From contig CAVYES010000004.1 in assembly GCA_963767735.1 (NCBI GenBank), forward strand, positions 128,001-192,000: 64,000 nt of DNA, read 5' to 3'. The notes beneath the pieces were generated by a model. The model was not told the origin of the DNA and ran no database searches. It saw only the letters and a program-made list of their open reading frames with translations. Shown here one piece after another: positions 10,724 to 20,563 of the stretch; position 1 is the first letter of the stretch, and each line of letters opens with the position of its first letter. The DNA comes from Candidatus Bathyarchaeota archaeon (GTDB lineage: Archaea > Thermoproteota > Bathyarchaeia > Bathyarchaeales > Bathycorpusculaceae). The translations under genes and the position numbers were made by a program.

Positions 10724-10884
10724 ATGAAGCTTGAAGGTTACAGGCTTGTTTTTGTTGTCGTGGGCTTGATTGGCGTTTTGCTTATCGCATCTCCAGAAAT
10801 TGCTGGTGCTATTCCTCGTCTTCCCGCTGAGTCACAGTTTTCTGAGCTTTATCTCTTAGGTCCAAACCAGATGGCTGCGAATTA
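10724..10884 (+). pseudogene. N-terminal fragment of a DUF1616-like membrane protein
   Basis: TM helix plus FSELYLLGPNQMAANY, then runs into an antisense PIN gene. Confidence 0.55.
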
Positions 10885-11236
10885 TGGCGTTTGTTTTTTG
10901 TGCGGCTGCTATGAACAATGCGTCATATACCGTTATGTTTTGGGTTACAGCAATGTGCATTGCTTCATCTTTTAATTCTCTTGTCGGGGTGATTGTTAAT
11001 CCGTCATATAGTTTTGTGATATCTTCGAGCGCCAAACTCGCTTCTTCCGGATTGAGGTCTTTAAGTAAATTTGTGTGCTTCCAGATGACGTTTAGACATT
11101 CAACTAACGCTATATCCACTGTGCAAAGAGTGTATCCTTTCTTTAGAAAGTCAGTGACTTCATTTCTATCTTCTTTAGAATCAGGTTCGTTCAATAATAG
11201 TTTCGAGAGAATATTAGAGTCGAGGATAAGTTCTAT
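10856..11236 (-). pseudogene. vapC: C-terminally truncated VapC PIN toxin
   Basis: ILDSNILSKLLLNEPDS...ECLNVIWK...ITVYDALFIAAA; lacks the T-x-D end; start codon reads ATA. Confidence 0.75.
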
Positions 11237-11451
11237 CGCTCTCGATCATCTCTAATAAGAATAGTTGAGTCTGTTTTTGTTTTTCTATTTTCAGCTCTTG
11301 TCTCCATCTGCTGTATCGTTTTTACAAGTTCAATTTGCTTGACTCTTTCTTCAAGGAAATTTCTGATTTCCTGGCTCCATTTTTCTTCTGGGTTTTTTTC
11401 CATTTTCTCTTTAAGATCACGGGGTATGCGTACGGTATACGTTGAGGACAT
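11233..11451 (-). CDS. VapB/CcdA-like RHH antitoxin
   Basis: TYTVRIPRDLKEKME..WSQEIRNFLEE..IRDDRER. Confidence 0.8.
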   Translation of the reverse strand: MSSTYTVRIPRDLKEKMEKNPEEKWSQEIRNFLEERVKQIELVKTIQQMETRAENRKTKTDSTILIRDDRER

Positions 11452-11634
11452 AACTAATCGCCTATACCATTACTACCCTATTATGTTCAGGAAAATAAAA
11501 AACATTCTTGTCTTACAAATCAGTGTACAGTGTGCGCATCTTTTGTTTTTGATATGTTACGGTTTAGGAAATATGGCTTATAGGCTTCTCGTCCATGCAT
11601 TATTTACTGCTTGTAGCGATAGGAGAAGGGTAGC

Positions 11635-11898
11635 GTGCGGAAACGTGGTTGGGGAACTATTTCTATAGATCTCTTGGAGGCGACTTTGACTCCTCAGAAA
11701 AAGATGCGAATAATGTATAGGACTAATTTGAATTATGTGCGTTTCAACAAATACTTTTGTGATTTCCTGAAGAAAGGTTTCATCGAGGAGACTGATGATC
11801 CTGACGGAAAGGTGTGCTACCGCATTTCTCAGCGAGGCAAGACTCTGTTGGCGGTACTTAAGAAAGCGAATGAACTTGCTTTAACCGATGAACTGTGA
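11635..11898 (+). CDS. Winged HTH regulator (HTH_45-like)
   Basis: KMRIMYRTNLNY..YRISQRGK. Confidence 0.8.
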   Translation: MRKRGWGTISIDLLEATLTPQKKMRIMYRTNLNYVRFNKYFCDFLKKGFIEETDDPDGKVCYRISQRGKTLLAVLKKANELALTDEL

Positions 11899-11986
11899 CA
11901 TACTCCCATCAATTGGTGCGGCGTAAAACGCATTCATCTACGAAGTCATTGCAGGCTTGAATAAATAAAACCGAACTTTGCCATTC

Positions 11987-12232
11987 TTAATAATCTTTGT
12001 GATAAGGTGCTGCGTTATGCTGTTTGGGTGTGGTTGCATACTTCTGTTCTGGTGTTGGCACGAAGAAGACTAGTTCTTTTTGAGCAGACAGTTTTGGTGT
12101 TGCTGTTGTTTTTCTTTTGGATCCTGCCCAGTAAAGGCTCCAGCCAATCGCCCAAAGAATGACGAATATTGGCATTAGCAGGAAGACTCGTGCTCTTCCT
12201 CTTCGATGTTGAGTCTGTGACGCATATTGCAT
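11987..12232 (-). CDS. Small single-TM protein (GWxLY family)
   Basis: LMPIFVILWAIGWSLYWAG. Confidence 0.65.
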   Translation of the reverse strand: MQYASQTQHRRGRARVFLLMPIFVILWAIGWSLYWAGSKRKTTATPKLSAQKELVFFVPTPEQKYATTPKQHNAAPYHKDY

Positions 12233-12234
12233 TT

Positions 12235-12426
12235 CTATTCATACCTTACAAGGTACAACGGTTTTTCTGCCTCTTTCCGTCTTCTTTGCCAAGCTATGAC
12301 CCTTGCGTTATTGATATCCATAGCCATTTTCGAGCGTGCGCGCCCTATTCGTCGTCTTTCTTGAATAGTGAGATAGAGTTCATCGTCGTCAAGGAGTTTT
12401 TCATATTTCTTAGCTTGATAACTCGT
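12235..12426 (-). CDS. Hypothetical 63-aa protein with probable ACG start
   Basis: GGAGGTGA SD then ACG; frame open to a TAG 2 nt before the next gene's ATG. Confidence 0.5.
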   Translation of the reverse strand, partial: TSYQAKKYEKLLDDDELYLTIQERRRIGRARSKMAMDINNARVIAWQRRRKEAEKPLYLVRYE

Positions 12427-12529
12427 TTTCTCACCTCCTGAGGAAGTAAACTGTGCTTTTTTTAGACGCTATTCTTTGTTGCATTTCGGAAAGATTTTTT
12501 GAAACTTCCTCCATGTGATACCCTCAAGC

Positions 12530-12596
12530 CAGCGAATCTTGCTTTTAGGGAGAGATATATAGGTTGGGCGGGCATAATTTTTAGCAAGATTCGCTG
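12530..12596. promoter_or_regulatory. 14-bp perfect inverted repeat enclosing a TATA-like box
   Basis: CAGCGAATCTTGCT (12530..12543) and AGCAAGATTCGCTG (12583..12596) around GATATATAGG. Confidence 0.6.
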
Positions 12597-12738
12597 CTTG
12601 CCATAAGTATTGATTTTAATTACTTATTAGCTCTATGAATTTGAAATTCATGTTTTTGGCTAAAATGAAACTGGGGCAACTTCTGGTTGGATTTTACTGA
12701 TGTTGCTGATCTGAGTGGATTGAATTTTGACGGTTTTT

Positions 12739-12975
12739 TCATGCTGGGTGAACGTGTGTTTCCGGGGGTTCGGTTTCGTCTGGGAGAAGGTTTTGCCATT
12801 CAGGTTCGATTTTGATTCTGTGGGCTTTATCTTCGTAGGCGATGATGCCGTGTTTGGATAGGAACTGTAGGAATTCGGTCAGCTTGTCGGTTTGCACTTG
12901 GATTTGATCAGATATGTCGGTTAAGTCATGCCATTCTCCGTCTTTGAGGATGGCGAAGAATTTTTCAATCGTCAA
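12739..12975 (-). CDS. Small wHTH-like protein
   Basis: LKDGEWHDLTDIS..FLSKHGII pattern. Confidence 0.6.
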   Translation of the reverse strand: MTIEKFFAILKDGEWHDLTDISDQIQVQTDKLTEFLQFLSKHGIIAYEDKAHRIKIEPEWQNLLPDETEPPETHVHPA

Positions 12976-13261
12976 GATTTTTCCCTGCTCAATATCAGTG
13001 AAAGCGCATTTAAATCTGGCAGAACATATGATAGAGGCTTAACCTGATTTATTTTCTGTATTTTTCGATGCTGTTTTTATGGAAGAAACTGGTGAATGAA
13101 TAGTACTTTTGGGCTGTACTTGTGGAGTCTGCCCTTTGGACTATGCTCTTTGGGCTCTACTTACTGGTCCACATGTCTTATAAAACTTGAATGATATGTT
13201 CTAGATTAATGAAGGCAGGGTTTTTAGTACGTTCTGCTCCGGGGCACGGGGAGATGAGATA

Positions 13262-13657
13262 GTGGTAACGAAGTCGGATGAAGCTCCAAGGGTTAATGCA
13301 GAGGAAGTTAAGGAGGAGTGGAGGTTACTTTGGCGGCGACGTATCGACGATAAGGTTCGGGCAGAAGGCATGGCGGATCAGAGTTTTTCGTTGTTGGCTG
13401 TGGAGAGGGGCACCGTGATTGCGGCCACAAGAGATTTTAAAGCGTTAAATTTGAAGGAGATTTTGCGTTTCTACAATGTTCAGAATGTTGATCGGGTTAT
13501 TGGTCCGCATCCTTCGGATGGTGGATGGACAAAGTTTGCTAAAACAGTGTTGAACAAGCAGACCCGTACTCAGAAATTTAGAGCTGAATCGCGGCCTGAG
13601 CGCCGTAGGAAGAATGCACAGCTTAAGAAGGGCGGCAAAGGTTGGCTGCATCTGTGA
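13262..13657 (+). CDS. Hypothetical protein
   Basis: 131-aa ORF, SD-like sequence upstream, basic C-terminus. Confidence 0.6.
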   Translation: MVTKSDEAPRVNAEEVKEEWRLLWRRRIDDKVRAEGMADQSFSLLAVERGTVIAATRDFKALNLKEILRFYNVQNVDRVIGPHPSDGGWTKFAKTVLNKQTRTQKFRAESRPERRRKNAQLKKGGKGWLHL

Positions 13658-13763
13658 GAAAATAAACCGCTATTTTCGGAAGAATTTCTTGTCTCTGTTG
13701 GTTTTGTTTTTAGTTTAGCATGATAGGTTGAGGTGTTGGGTTCTGTCTTTGAAAAATGGAAGA

Positions 13764-14123
13764 ATGATGAATAAGAATCGGCGTAGTTTGGACATTGTGC
13801 GAGAAGTGCTTTCTATCGTGTCGGTTAGGGTCCGGAAGACTAAAATCATGTATAGGGCTAATTTGAGTTTTGTTCAAGTGGAAAAGTATTTGACGGTTCT
13901 TCTGGGCAACGGTCTTTTGAAACACGATGGTGATTCTGGTTATTTAATTACCGAGAGGGGGAAGGAGTTTCTTCAGCTCTACGAGGATTATCTAGAGCGA
14001 TCTACGCATTTAAGGGAGGAAGTCGAGACGAACACGAGGGATAGGCTGCTGCTTGAGAACATGTGTTTCAGCAATAAAAGTGAGGCTAATCAAATGGGAA
14101 TTGGAAAAGACGATCACAAGTGA
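13764..14123 (+). CDS. Winged HTH regulator (HTH_45-like)
   Basis: RRSLDIVREVL..KTKIMYRANLS..YLITERGKEFL. Confidence 0.85.
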   Translation: MMNKNRRSLDIVREVLSIVSVRVRKTKIMYRANLSFVQVEKYLTVLLGNGLLKHDGDSGYLITERGKEFLQLYEDYLERSTHLREEVETNTRDRLLLENMCFSNKSEANQMGIGKDDHK

Positions 14124-14196
14124 AATTAAAGCTGAATGATCTTTTCCGTGTCTTTTTGCATTATAATCGACGTGTCAACGTTGCAGGTGTGGAATT

Positions 14197-14547
14197 GTGT
14201 CTAAACTCAGAAATTTAAGGAATAATATTCGCAGTTACACTTGGAAGCGGCTGGTTTGGAGCCTCGTTATCGTAGCTTTGTCCCTTGGAGTGATAAGTGC
14301 TGGAGCCAAATTTGCCGCGTTTTGGAATCACTGGGTGTATTTTCCGTGGTGGCCTAACATTGCTGATAGTACGCTCTTAATCGTTGTGGGCGTCTGCCTG
14401 CTTGCGTACATGCTGCGAGATTTGACGAAGGATGAGACTCGCGCTAATCCGCAGTTGGCGTGTCAGCGCCGAGACCCAATTGAGGAGGCGAAAAAAATAG
14501 CAGAAAAAAAGAAAGGAGAAATGACAAAACAAGAAACATTAGGATGA
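14197..14547 (+). CDS. Two-TM membrane protein
   Basis: Hydrophobic helices; ATGA overlap with the next gene. Confidence 0.55.
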   Translation: MSKLRNLRNNIRSYTWKRLVWSLVIVALSLGVISAGAKFAAFWNHWVYFPWWPNIADSTLLIVVGVCLLAYMLRDLTKDETRANPQLACQRRDPIEEAKKIAEKKKGEMTKQETLG

Positions 14548-16544
14548 AAAATATGAAGAAACTACAAATCCTAATAATCGCATTTCTAATTTCGTTATCA
14601 ATCTGCGCATACACGGGTATGCAAGCCAGAGCTCAAACAGTCACTTTGTCTAAATTTGTCTTCAGCACTATTAGCAGTCCACAAACCGCAGGTTCTGCTT
14701 TCAGCATAACGATAACAGCTGAAGCTTCAAACGGCAAAACGGTTACGAGTTATACTGGAACTAACACTTTAACGGTGTCTTCAGGAACGATTAGCCCAAC
14801 AAGCACAACCGCATTCACATCAGGAGTTTGGACTGGTCCAGTGACGCTCTCTCAAGCGGGAACCGGCATTTCAATCTCAACCAGTGGCGGCGGTAAATCT
14901 GGAACAAGCAACACCTTCACTGTTAATCCGGCCGCTCTTGACCACTTCGTCTTTAACACTATCAGCAGTCCACAAACCGCAGGTACAGCTTTCAGCATAA
15001 CGATAACAGCTAAAGATTCTTCCGGCAACACAGTTACAAGCTATACTGGAACTAACACTTTGAGTGTTTCAACCGGAACTATTAGTCCAACAAGCACTGG
15101 TGTCTTCTCGAGTGGTGTTTGGACTGGGTCAGTGAAAGTGACTGGTGCTGGTTCAGGCGTTAGGCTTTCAACGTCTGGTTCTGGCAAGTCTGGAACGAGT
15201 GGCAGCTTCACGGTAAATCCTGGTGTTCTCGACCACTTCACTTTTAGTACTATTAGTGGTTCTCAGACTGCTGGTACACCGTTTAGCATAACGGTTAATG
15301 CTGAGGACACTTCTGGGAACACGGTTACGAGTTATAGTGGTTCGCCGACTTTGAGTGTTTCAACCGGAACTATTAGTCCAACAAGCACTGGTGTCTTCTC
15401 GAGTGGTGTTTGGACCGGTAATGTTACGATGACTGCTGCTGGTTCAGGCGTTACTATTACGGTTACTGATGGCGCTCATTCCGGCACGAGTAACTCGTTT
15501 ACGGTGAATCCTACTATTTCCGCTTCCGCTGGTGCTGGTGGTTCTATCAGTCCGACTGGAAGTGTTAGCGTCAACTATGGCGGCAGTCAAGGCTTCACTA
15601 TAGCGGCGAGTGCTGGCTACCAAATTGCCGATGTCGTTGCGGATAACGTTTCTCTGGGTGCCCTTTCATCTTACACCTTCACCGGTGTCCAAGCTTCTCA
15701 CACAATTGCGGCTGACTTTGCGATTAACACGTTCAATATTTCTGCTTCTGCTGGAGCCGGCGGTTCTATCAGCCCAAATGGGTTTGTAAGCGTTAACTAC
15801 GGTGGCAATCAAACTTTCACTATAACACCGAACACTGGCTATAACATAGTTGATGTTTCAGTGTATGGGGCTTCAGTTGGCGCTGTTAGCTCCTACACAT
15901 TCAAAAATGTTCAGGCTGCAAATACCATCTTGGCAACGTTTGCACCCACACCGACGCCATCACCATTACCAACCGCTACTCCGCCCCCTGCACCAACACC
16001 AACTCCAACGCATACACCTACAAGTACTCCTACTCCTACGTCATCACCTACTCCAACTCCGTTTGCAACAACTGTGCCAGCAACGACAGATACTGGCGCA
16101 ACAGTTGACCTTGCACTCTGCGGAAACATAACCAGCTCACAGATATTCCACGCCACAATCGCGTCATACCAACCCACCGCAACAACCACAGTGTCCTTCA
16201 CAATGATAGGGCCGAGCGGAACTGTTGGCTTTGGCAACATGACTATTCCAAAAACATCAATATCCTACGGGACAAGCCCAGTTGTAAACATAGATGGCCA
16301 ACAGGCTTCAAACCAGGGTTACACCCAAGATGCCAATAACTTCTACGTATGGTATACAACGAGTTTCGACACAAATCTCGCAGGGCAAGGTTCACAGGTG
16401 ACAGTACAATTCTTAGTACCTTCAAAGTTGCCAGCAACATCAATAGGCTCTGTACTCGTCGTCGGCATAGCCGTAATCGAAATCATTTCGGTCTTCACAG
16501 TAATAGCCGTTAGACGTTTAAGACGAAAACCTGACAACGCGTAA
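14544..16544 (+). CDS. Surface protein: signal peptide, three Ig-like repeats, two InlB-B-like repeats, PT linker, C-terminal TM anchor
   Basis: Repeated FSTISSPQTAG..ITITA and ISASAGAGGSISP units; near-identical DNA repeat at about 15057 and 15348. Confidence 0.85.
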   Translation: MKNMKKLQILIIAFLISLSICAYTGMQARAQTVTLSKFVFSTISSPQTAGSAFSITITAEASNGKTVTSYTGTNTLTVSSGTISPTSTTAFTSGVWTGPVTLSQAGTGISISTSGGGKSGTSNTFTVNPAALDHFVFNTISSPQTAGTAFSITITAKDSSGNTVTSYTGTNTLSVSTGTISPTSTGVFSSGVWTGSVKVTGAGSGVRLSTSGSGKSGTSGSFTVNPGVLDHFTFSTISGSQTAGTPFSITVNAEDTSGNTVTSYSGSPTLSVSTGTISPTSTGVFSSGVWTGNVTMTAAGSGVTITVTDGAHSGTSNSFTVNPTISASAGAGGSISPTGSVSVNYGGSQGFTIAASAGYQIADVVADNVSLGALSSYTFTGVQASHTIAADFAINTFNISASAGAGGSISPNGFVSVNYGGNQTFTITPNTGYNIVDVSVYGASVGAVSSYTFKNVQAANTILATFAPTPTPSPLPTATPPPAPTPTPTHTPTSTPTPTSSPTPTPFATTVPATTDTGATVDLALCGNITSSQIFHATIASYQPTATTTVSFTMIGPSGTVGFGNMTIPKTSISYGTSPVVNIDGQQASNQGYTQDANNFYVWYTTSFDTNLAGQGSQVTVQFLVPSKLPATSIGSVLVVGIAVIEIISVFTVIAVRRLRRKPDNA

Positions 16545-16870
16545 CCAAACCCTGAAAGTTTATGTTTATACGGTTTGTTTTTGCCGGAAGGTGTGTGCTT
16601 AAAGCGTTTGGGTCTCAGATTTAACTCGCAGCTTTCCGATATTGTTCTTTAGAAGAAAATGTTAAGCGCGCAAATCTTTTTTCTTTTTATTTTGCAATGA
16701 TGATTTTAATTGATTTATGATGGCTTTTATTTTGGAGCCTTTGCTGTTCTTCTTATGGTTATCTTGCGTCATGTAGTTCCTCTATGAGGGTGAGAGGATC
16801 TTGCAATGGTTTAGTTGTTCAAGAGAGTGCTCTGAGAAATAGTTAGTTAAAAGATTTCTGTGGGCGTTGG

Positions 16871-17242
16871 TTAATGTTGGATTAATGGTGTTTGGTTCTG
16901 GATTTCATTGTGGGTTTGTGTGTTATCTCTTGTGATAGTTTTGCAAATTGTCTTAAGTGAGCATGCAGTGTAATTAAGTGTAGCTTTTCCGTTGCTTGTT
17001 AGTTTATAAATTTTTCTTGGTCTTTCGCTGTCCATGTTCCAGTCGCTTGTTATGTAGCTCTTTTTTTCCATTGTGTTAAGTATTGGATATACTGTGCTTG
17101 GTCCAAGATAGACGCCGAAGTTTTTGCGGATTGTTGTTATTATTTGGTAGCCGTGCATTGGGTGGTTTTCGAGTAGTTGCAGGATTATTAAGTCTAGTAG
17201 GCCTTTTGTGAGTTTGGCTTGAATGTTTTTTTCTATGGGCAT
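16871..17242 (-). CDS. PadR-family transcriptional regulator
   Basis: PMHGYQII..GPSTVYPIL..RPRKIYKLT. Confidence 0.9.
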   Translation of the reverse strand: MPIEKNIQAKLTKGLLDLIILQLLENHPMHGYQIITTIRKNFGVYLGPSTVYPILNTMEKKSYITSDWNMDSERPRKIYKLTSNGKATLNYTACSLKTICKTITRDNTQTHNEIQNQTPLIQH

Positions 17243-17528
17243 TTTTTGTTTCTCCGTGTATGTTTGTTGTACAAGTGTACAATAGGTCCTTTTTCAGACA
17301 TATTGCCACGCAAGTATTCATATACACTACAGCCAATATAAAGCCTCTCGCATACCCTAAGCATATCAAAGCATAACAAAAAAGCCATTTCTCAACCAAA
17401 ACCAAGTCAACAACAAGCCTGCGACCATTAAAAAGCCCGTCATGAAAGCATTTAAATGGTTAAAAAACAGCAAAAACGAACTGTTCAACAATAAAACATA
17501 AAAATGCGGCTGCAGATTTGGCAGTTAA

Positions 17529-17981
17529 CTAAAGGGTTTCTGTGAAGCTTTTTAATGATTTCAAGTAATCCTGGAAGTTCAAATCGGCATTTTCTAGTTT
17601 AAATTTGAATAAAGGAATTTTCTGGTGCATATTTTTCATAACGTCAATTTCTATGAGTGATGCGCCGGTTTCAAATATTTGCTCAAGTGCGTTAACGAAA
17701 TCATCGATTCTGTTAGGTATGTCTTCTTTGGTTAGTTTATAGTTGGTCTCTAAACAGGAGTAGAGTGTGTGTTTTATTGGGGCTCCTAGTTTTGAGAAGG
17801 TTTGGTCTGTTGCTTCGATTAGGAGTTCTTGAAAGGTTGAACTGTTTAGGTTTATCTGGATTTGTGGATAGCTAACGGTTTGTGTTTGATTCACTTTATT
17901 CCCTCTCTTCTTTGTTGTTTTGTTAGGCTTGTGTACAATTGTATTAAGACTTAATATATTGCTTATTTTGAGATTTGACAT
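17529..17981 (-). CDS. Conserved archaeal hypothetical protein (DUF3227/NitrOD-like)
   Basis: LG..LYSCLE..KEDIPNRIDDFVNALEQIF..GASLIE pattern; true start is probably downstream. Confidence 0.55.
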   Translation of the reverse strand: MSNLKISNILSLNTIVHKPNKTTKKRGNKVNQTQTVSYPQIQINLNSSTFQELLIEATDQTFSKLGAPIKHTLYSCLETNYKLTKEDIPNRIDDFVNALEQIFETGASLIEIDVMKNMHQKIPLFKFKLENADLNFQDYLKSLKSFTETL

Positions 17982-18418
17982 ATTACAAAAGTCGATATAT
18001 ACAAAAAAGACATAAACAGGTCTGTTAACCGTGCACGTTTAACTTAACCCACAAAACACCATCCTGCAAACAGTTCAGACCTCAACAGAATATTTGCACT
18101 CTGCAGCCTTAATATAACTCTCCTGCTCCCACAGATAGCTCGGCGCTAACACGATCTAAAGAAACTTGCCAATGCTTTCGGCTTCTTGAGCAGTGCTTGC
18201 ACGCAACTCGAAAATACTTAGTATCCAATTGAGGTTTTTTAGAAGACAATGGGCGGTTTGCAGATAGAAACTGTGAGATCTTTTTGGGTTTTGATATGTT
18301 ACAGTTTTGGAAACATAACAAGTTAAGGTTGAAAAGTGTTGACATATTCCAGTTTTTTGAATATCTCATTTAAATGAGAATTAAGATAGCAGATATTGCT
18401 TGAAAGCATGGTTTATAA

Positions 18419-19117
18419 GTGGAGAAAGAAGACGTGCGAGTTAACCCTCCGACGCAAGTTATCATAGCCGCTTTGAACGAGGAAGAAGGCATCGGCCTCA
18501 CCATATCCGAGCTAACCAAAACATTAAAGAATCCTCGGATTTTGGTTGTTGACGGCAAAAGCACAGATCGAACTGTTGAGATTGCCAAGGATATGGGTGC
18601 CGATGTTGTTTGCCAGGATGGATTAGGCAAGGGCGATGCGTTAGCGAAAGCGATTAAGAAAGCGGATTTAACTGTTGATTACGTGGTCATTACAGACGCA
18701 GATTATACGTACCCCGCTAAGCACGTGCCTGCGATGATCCAGATACTTGAGGAGAATCCTGCTGTGGGTATGGTTTGCGGTAACCGTTTTAGTGGTTACT
18801 CTGACATGAGGGGTTTGAATTACTTTTTTTATCTTGGTAATCGGGTTATAGCGTTTACTCAGAACTTTCTAAACGGCGTCTGGTTAGCTGATCCGTTGAC
18901 TGGGTTGCGTGTGGTACGTGCGGAAGTTCTTAGAGGTTGGCGGGTGAAATCTAAAGGCTTTGATGTTGAGGTCGAGCTTAATCATCATGTGGTGCGGGAA
19001 GGATTTAGTATCGTTGAGGTACCCATTAAATACCGAGAAAGATTAGGCGAAAAGAAACTAGGCGTTAGCCATGGCTTCGAAATTTTTAAGCGCATAATAT
19101 TAGAAACAACATATTGA
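18419..19117 (+). CDS. Glycosyltransferase family 2, close paralog of 9173..9958
   Basis: Same motifs and long near-identical DNA stretches. Confidence 0.9.
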   Translation: MEKEDVRVNPPTQVIIAALNEEEGIGLTISELTKTLKNPRILVVDGKSTDRTVEIAKDMGADVVCQDGLGKGDALAKAIKKADLTVDYVVITDADYTYPAKHVPAMIQILEENPAVGMVCGNRFSGYSDMRGLNYFFYLGNRVIAFTQNFLNGVWLADPLTGLRVVRAEVLRGWRVKSKGFDVEVELNHHVVREGFSIVEVPIKYRERLGEKKLGVSHGFEIFKRIILETTY

Positions 19118-19554
19118 GCCTTTTTTCAAATCTTTGAGGGCTGGGAGTTTACGTAACATAACTTTATGGTTATAGCTTTTGAATAACGATGCTATTGAAG
19201 TTGGATAAAGTTAACTCAATTTAATTTAATTTATTTATTTTATTTTTTTAAGGTTTGTTTGAACCGAAAAGTTTGAGTGGAAAAGCTACTTTAGGGTTGC
19301 TAAGATTTTTTTGTGTCTGTTTTTCCATTTGTTAAAGCGCATTGAGCTCTTTAACAAATTTTCAATGGTTGCTTGAAGCATTTTACTGGTCATTGTTATT
19401 TGCGCTTTATGCAATTTTTTTGTGTGCCTAGTTGAGGAATTGTTGGCGTACATCTTGCTTCACCAAAACAGTTATGGTCAGGCAAGTAGCTTTTGAACTC
19501 TTTTGAGAAGCCAAATGCACTAATTTGAGAAGTAGCGCGGGCAATAAGGAACAG

Positions 19555-19635
19555 CATAATCTTACTCATCAATAAGTCTCAGAAGGCAAAGAGCTGCACC
19601 ACAGCAACAAAGTAAGGAACTGATTTAAGCCGCAC
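19555..19635 (-). pseudogene. Fragment of a YdjM-like hydrolase paralog
   Basis: CATCAATAAGTCTC.GAAGGCAAAG..TGCAC..ACAAAGTA.GGAACTGATTT.AGCCG matches 3048..3113. Confidence 0.55.
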
Positions 19636-19831
19636 CATTTCAGGAATAATTCGTTGTTCTTTAGGATGCACTTTTCTCTTGAGAATGCTTCCTGTTCAAT
19701 CGGTTTTACCGTTTGTTCAAGGCTCTCTTTATTTTTTTAGGGCCTGACTGATTATTTGGTCCATCATATGTTTGGTCTCGAACGTTTGGGGGAACGTTTA
19801 TTTTCATACGTTCAATTTGTCAGTTTGGATA

Positions 19832-20563
19832 TTATTCCTTTGATGGCTTTTGAGAAAACCACGCTAACGTTCTCTTTAACCCTTCATCAAAACTCATGTT
19901 CGGCTTCCATCCCACCAGTCTCTCCAGTTTGCTTGTTTCTGGGCAGCGTCTTTTCGGGTCGTCTTTGGGCAGTGGATGAAATTCTATGGTTGACTTGCAT
20001 TTGGTTGCTTCTTTTACTTTCTTTGCCAACTCGAGGATGGTGACTTCTTGGGTGTTGCCTACGTTTACAACTTCCCCCTTAGCTTGCGTGTTAATCATCA
20101 GCAACATTAACCCAGTTACCGTGTCTGTTATGTAGCAGAATGACCTAGTCTGCTTTCCATCGCCATAGACAGTTATGGGCTGATTATTCAAAGCCTGCAA
20201 GATAAAACGTGACATCGCTCTCCCATAAAGCCCGTCTTCCCGCAGGCGTGGACCATGAGAATTGAAGATTCTTGGAACTCTAACATCTAACCCATATTGC
20301 TTGCCGTAAGCCATAAGCAAAGCTTCAGCAAAACGTTTTCCTTCATCGTAACATGATCTAGGCCCAATAGGGTTAACTTTTCCCCAGTAACTCTCAGGTG
20401 TAGGAATAATCTCCGTGTCACCATAAACCTCCGAAGTCGACGCAAACAGCAAAGTAGCATCATTTTTCCTAGCTAACTCTGCCATGCCAAAGCTGCCTAA
20501 AGCACTAGTCTGCAAGGTTTCAATTGGATGTGCTTGATACTCGTCAGGAGACGCGTGTCCAGC
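19832..20563 (-). pseudogene. UDP-glucuronate decarboxylase (UXS-like SDR), 5'-truncated
   Basis: AGHASPDEYQ..ASTSEVYGD..GPRSCYDEGKR..DDPKRRCP; the Rossmann GxxGxxG N-terminus is replaced by viral DNA. Confidence 0.85.

Noticed and set aside
14640-16060. Nucleotide repeats and PT tracts as separate elements
   Set aside because: They are coding domain repeats and a linker within one surface protein
19150-19180. dif/Xer-like ATAAC-N7-GTTAT sites (also near 3519)
   Set aside because: Spacers are inconsistent, arms are short, and such matches are expected by chance in AT-rich DNA
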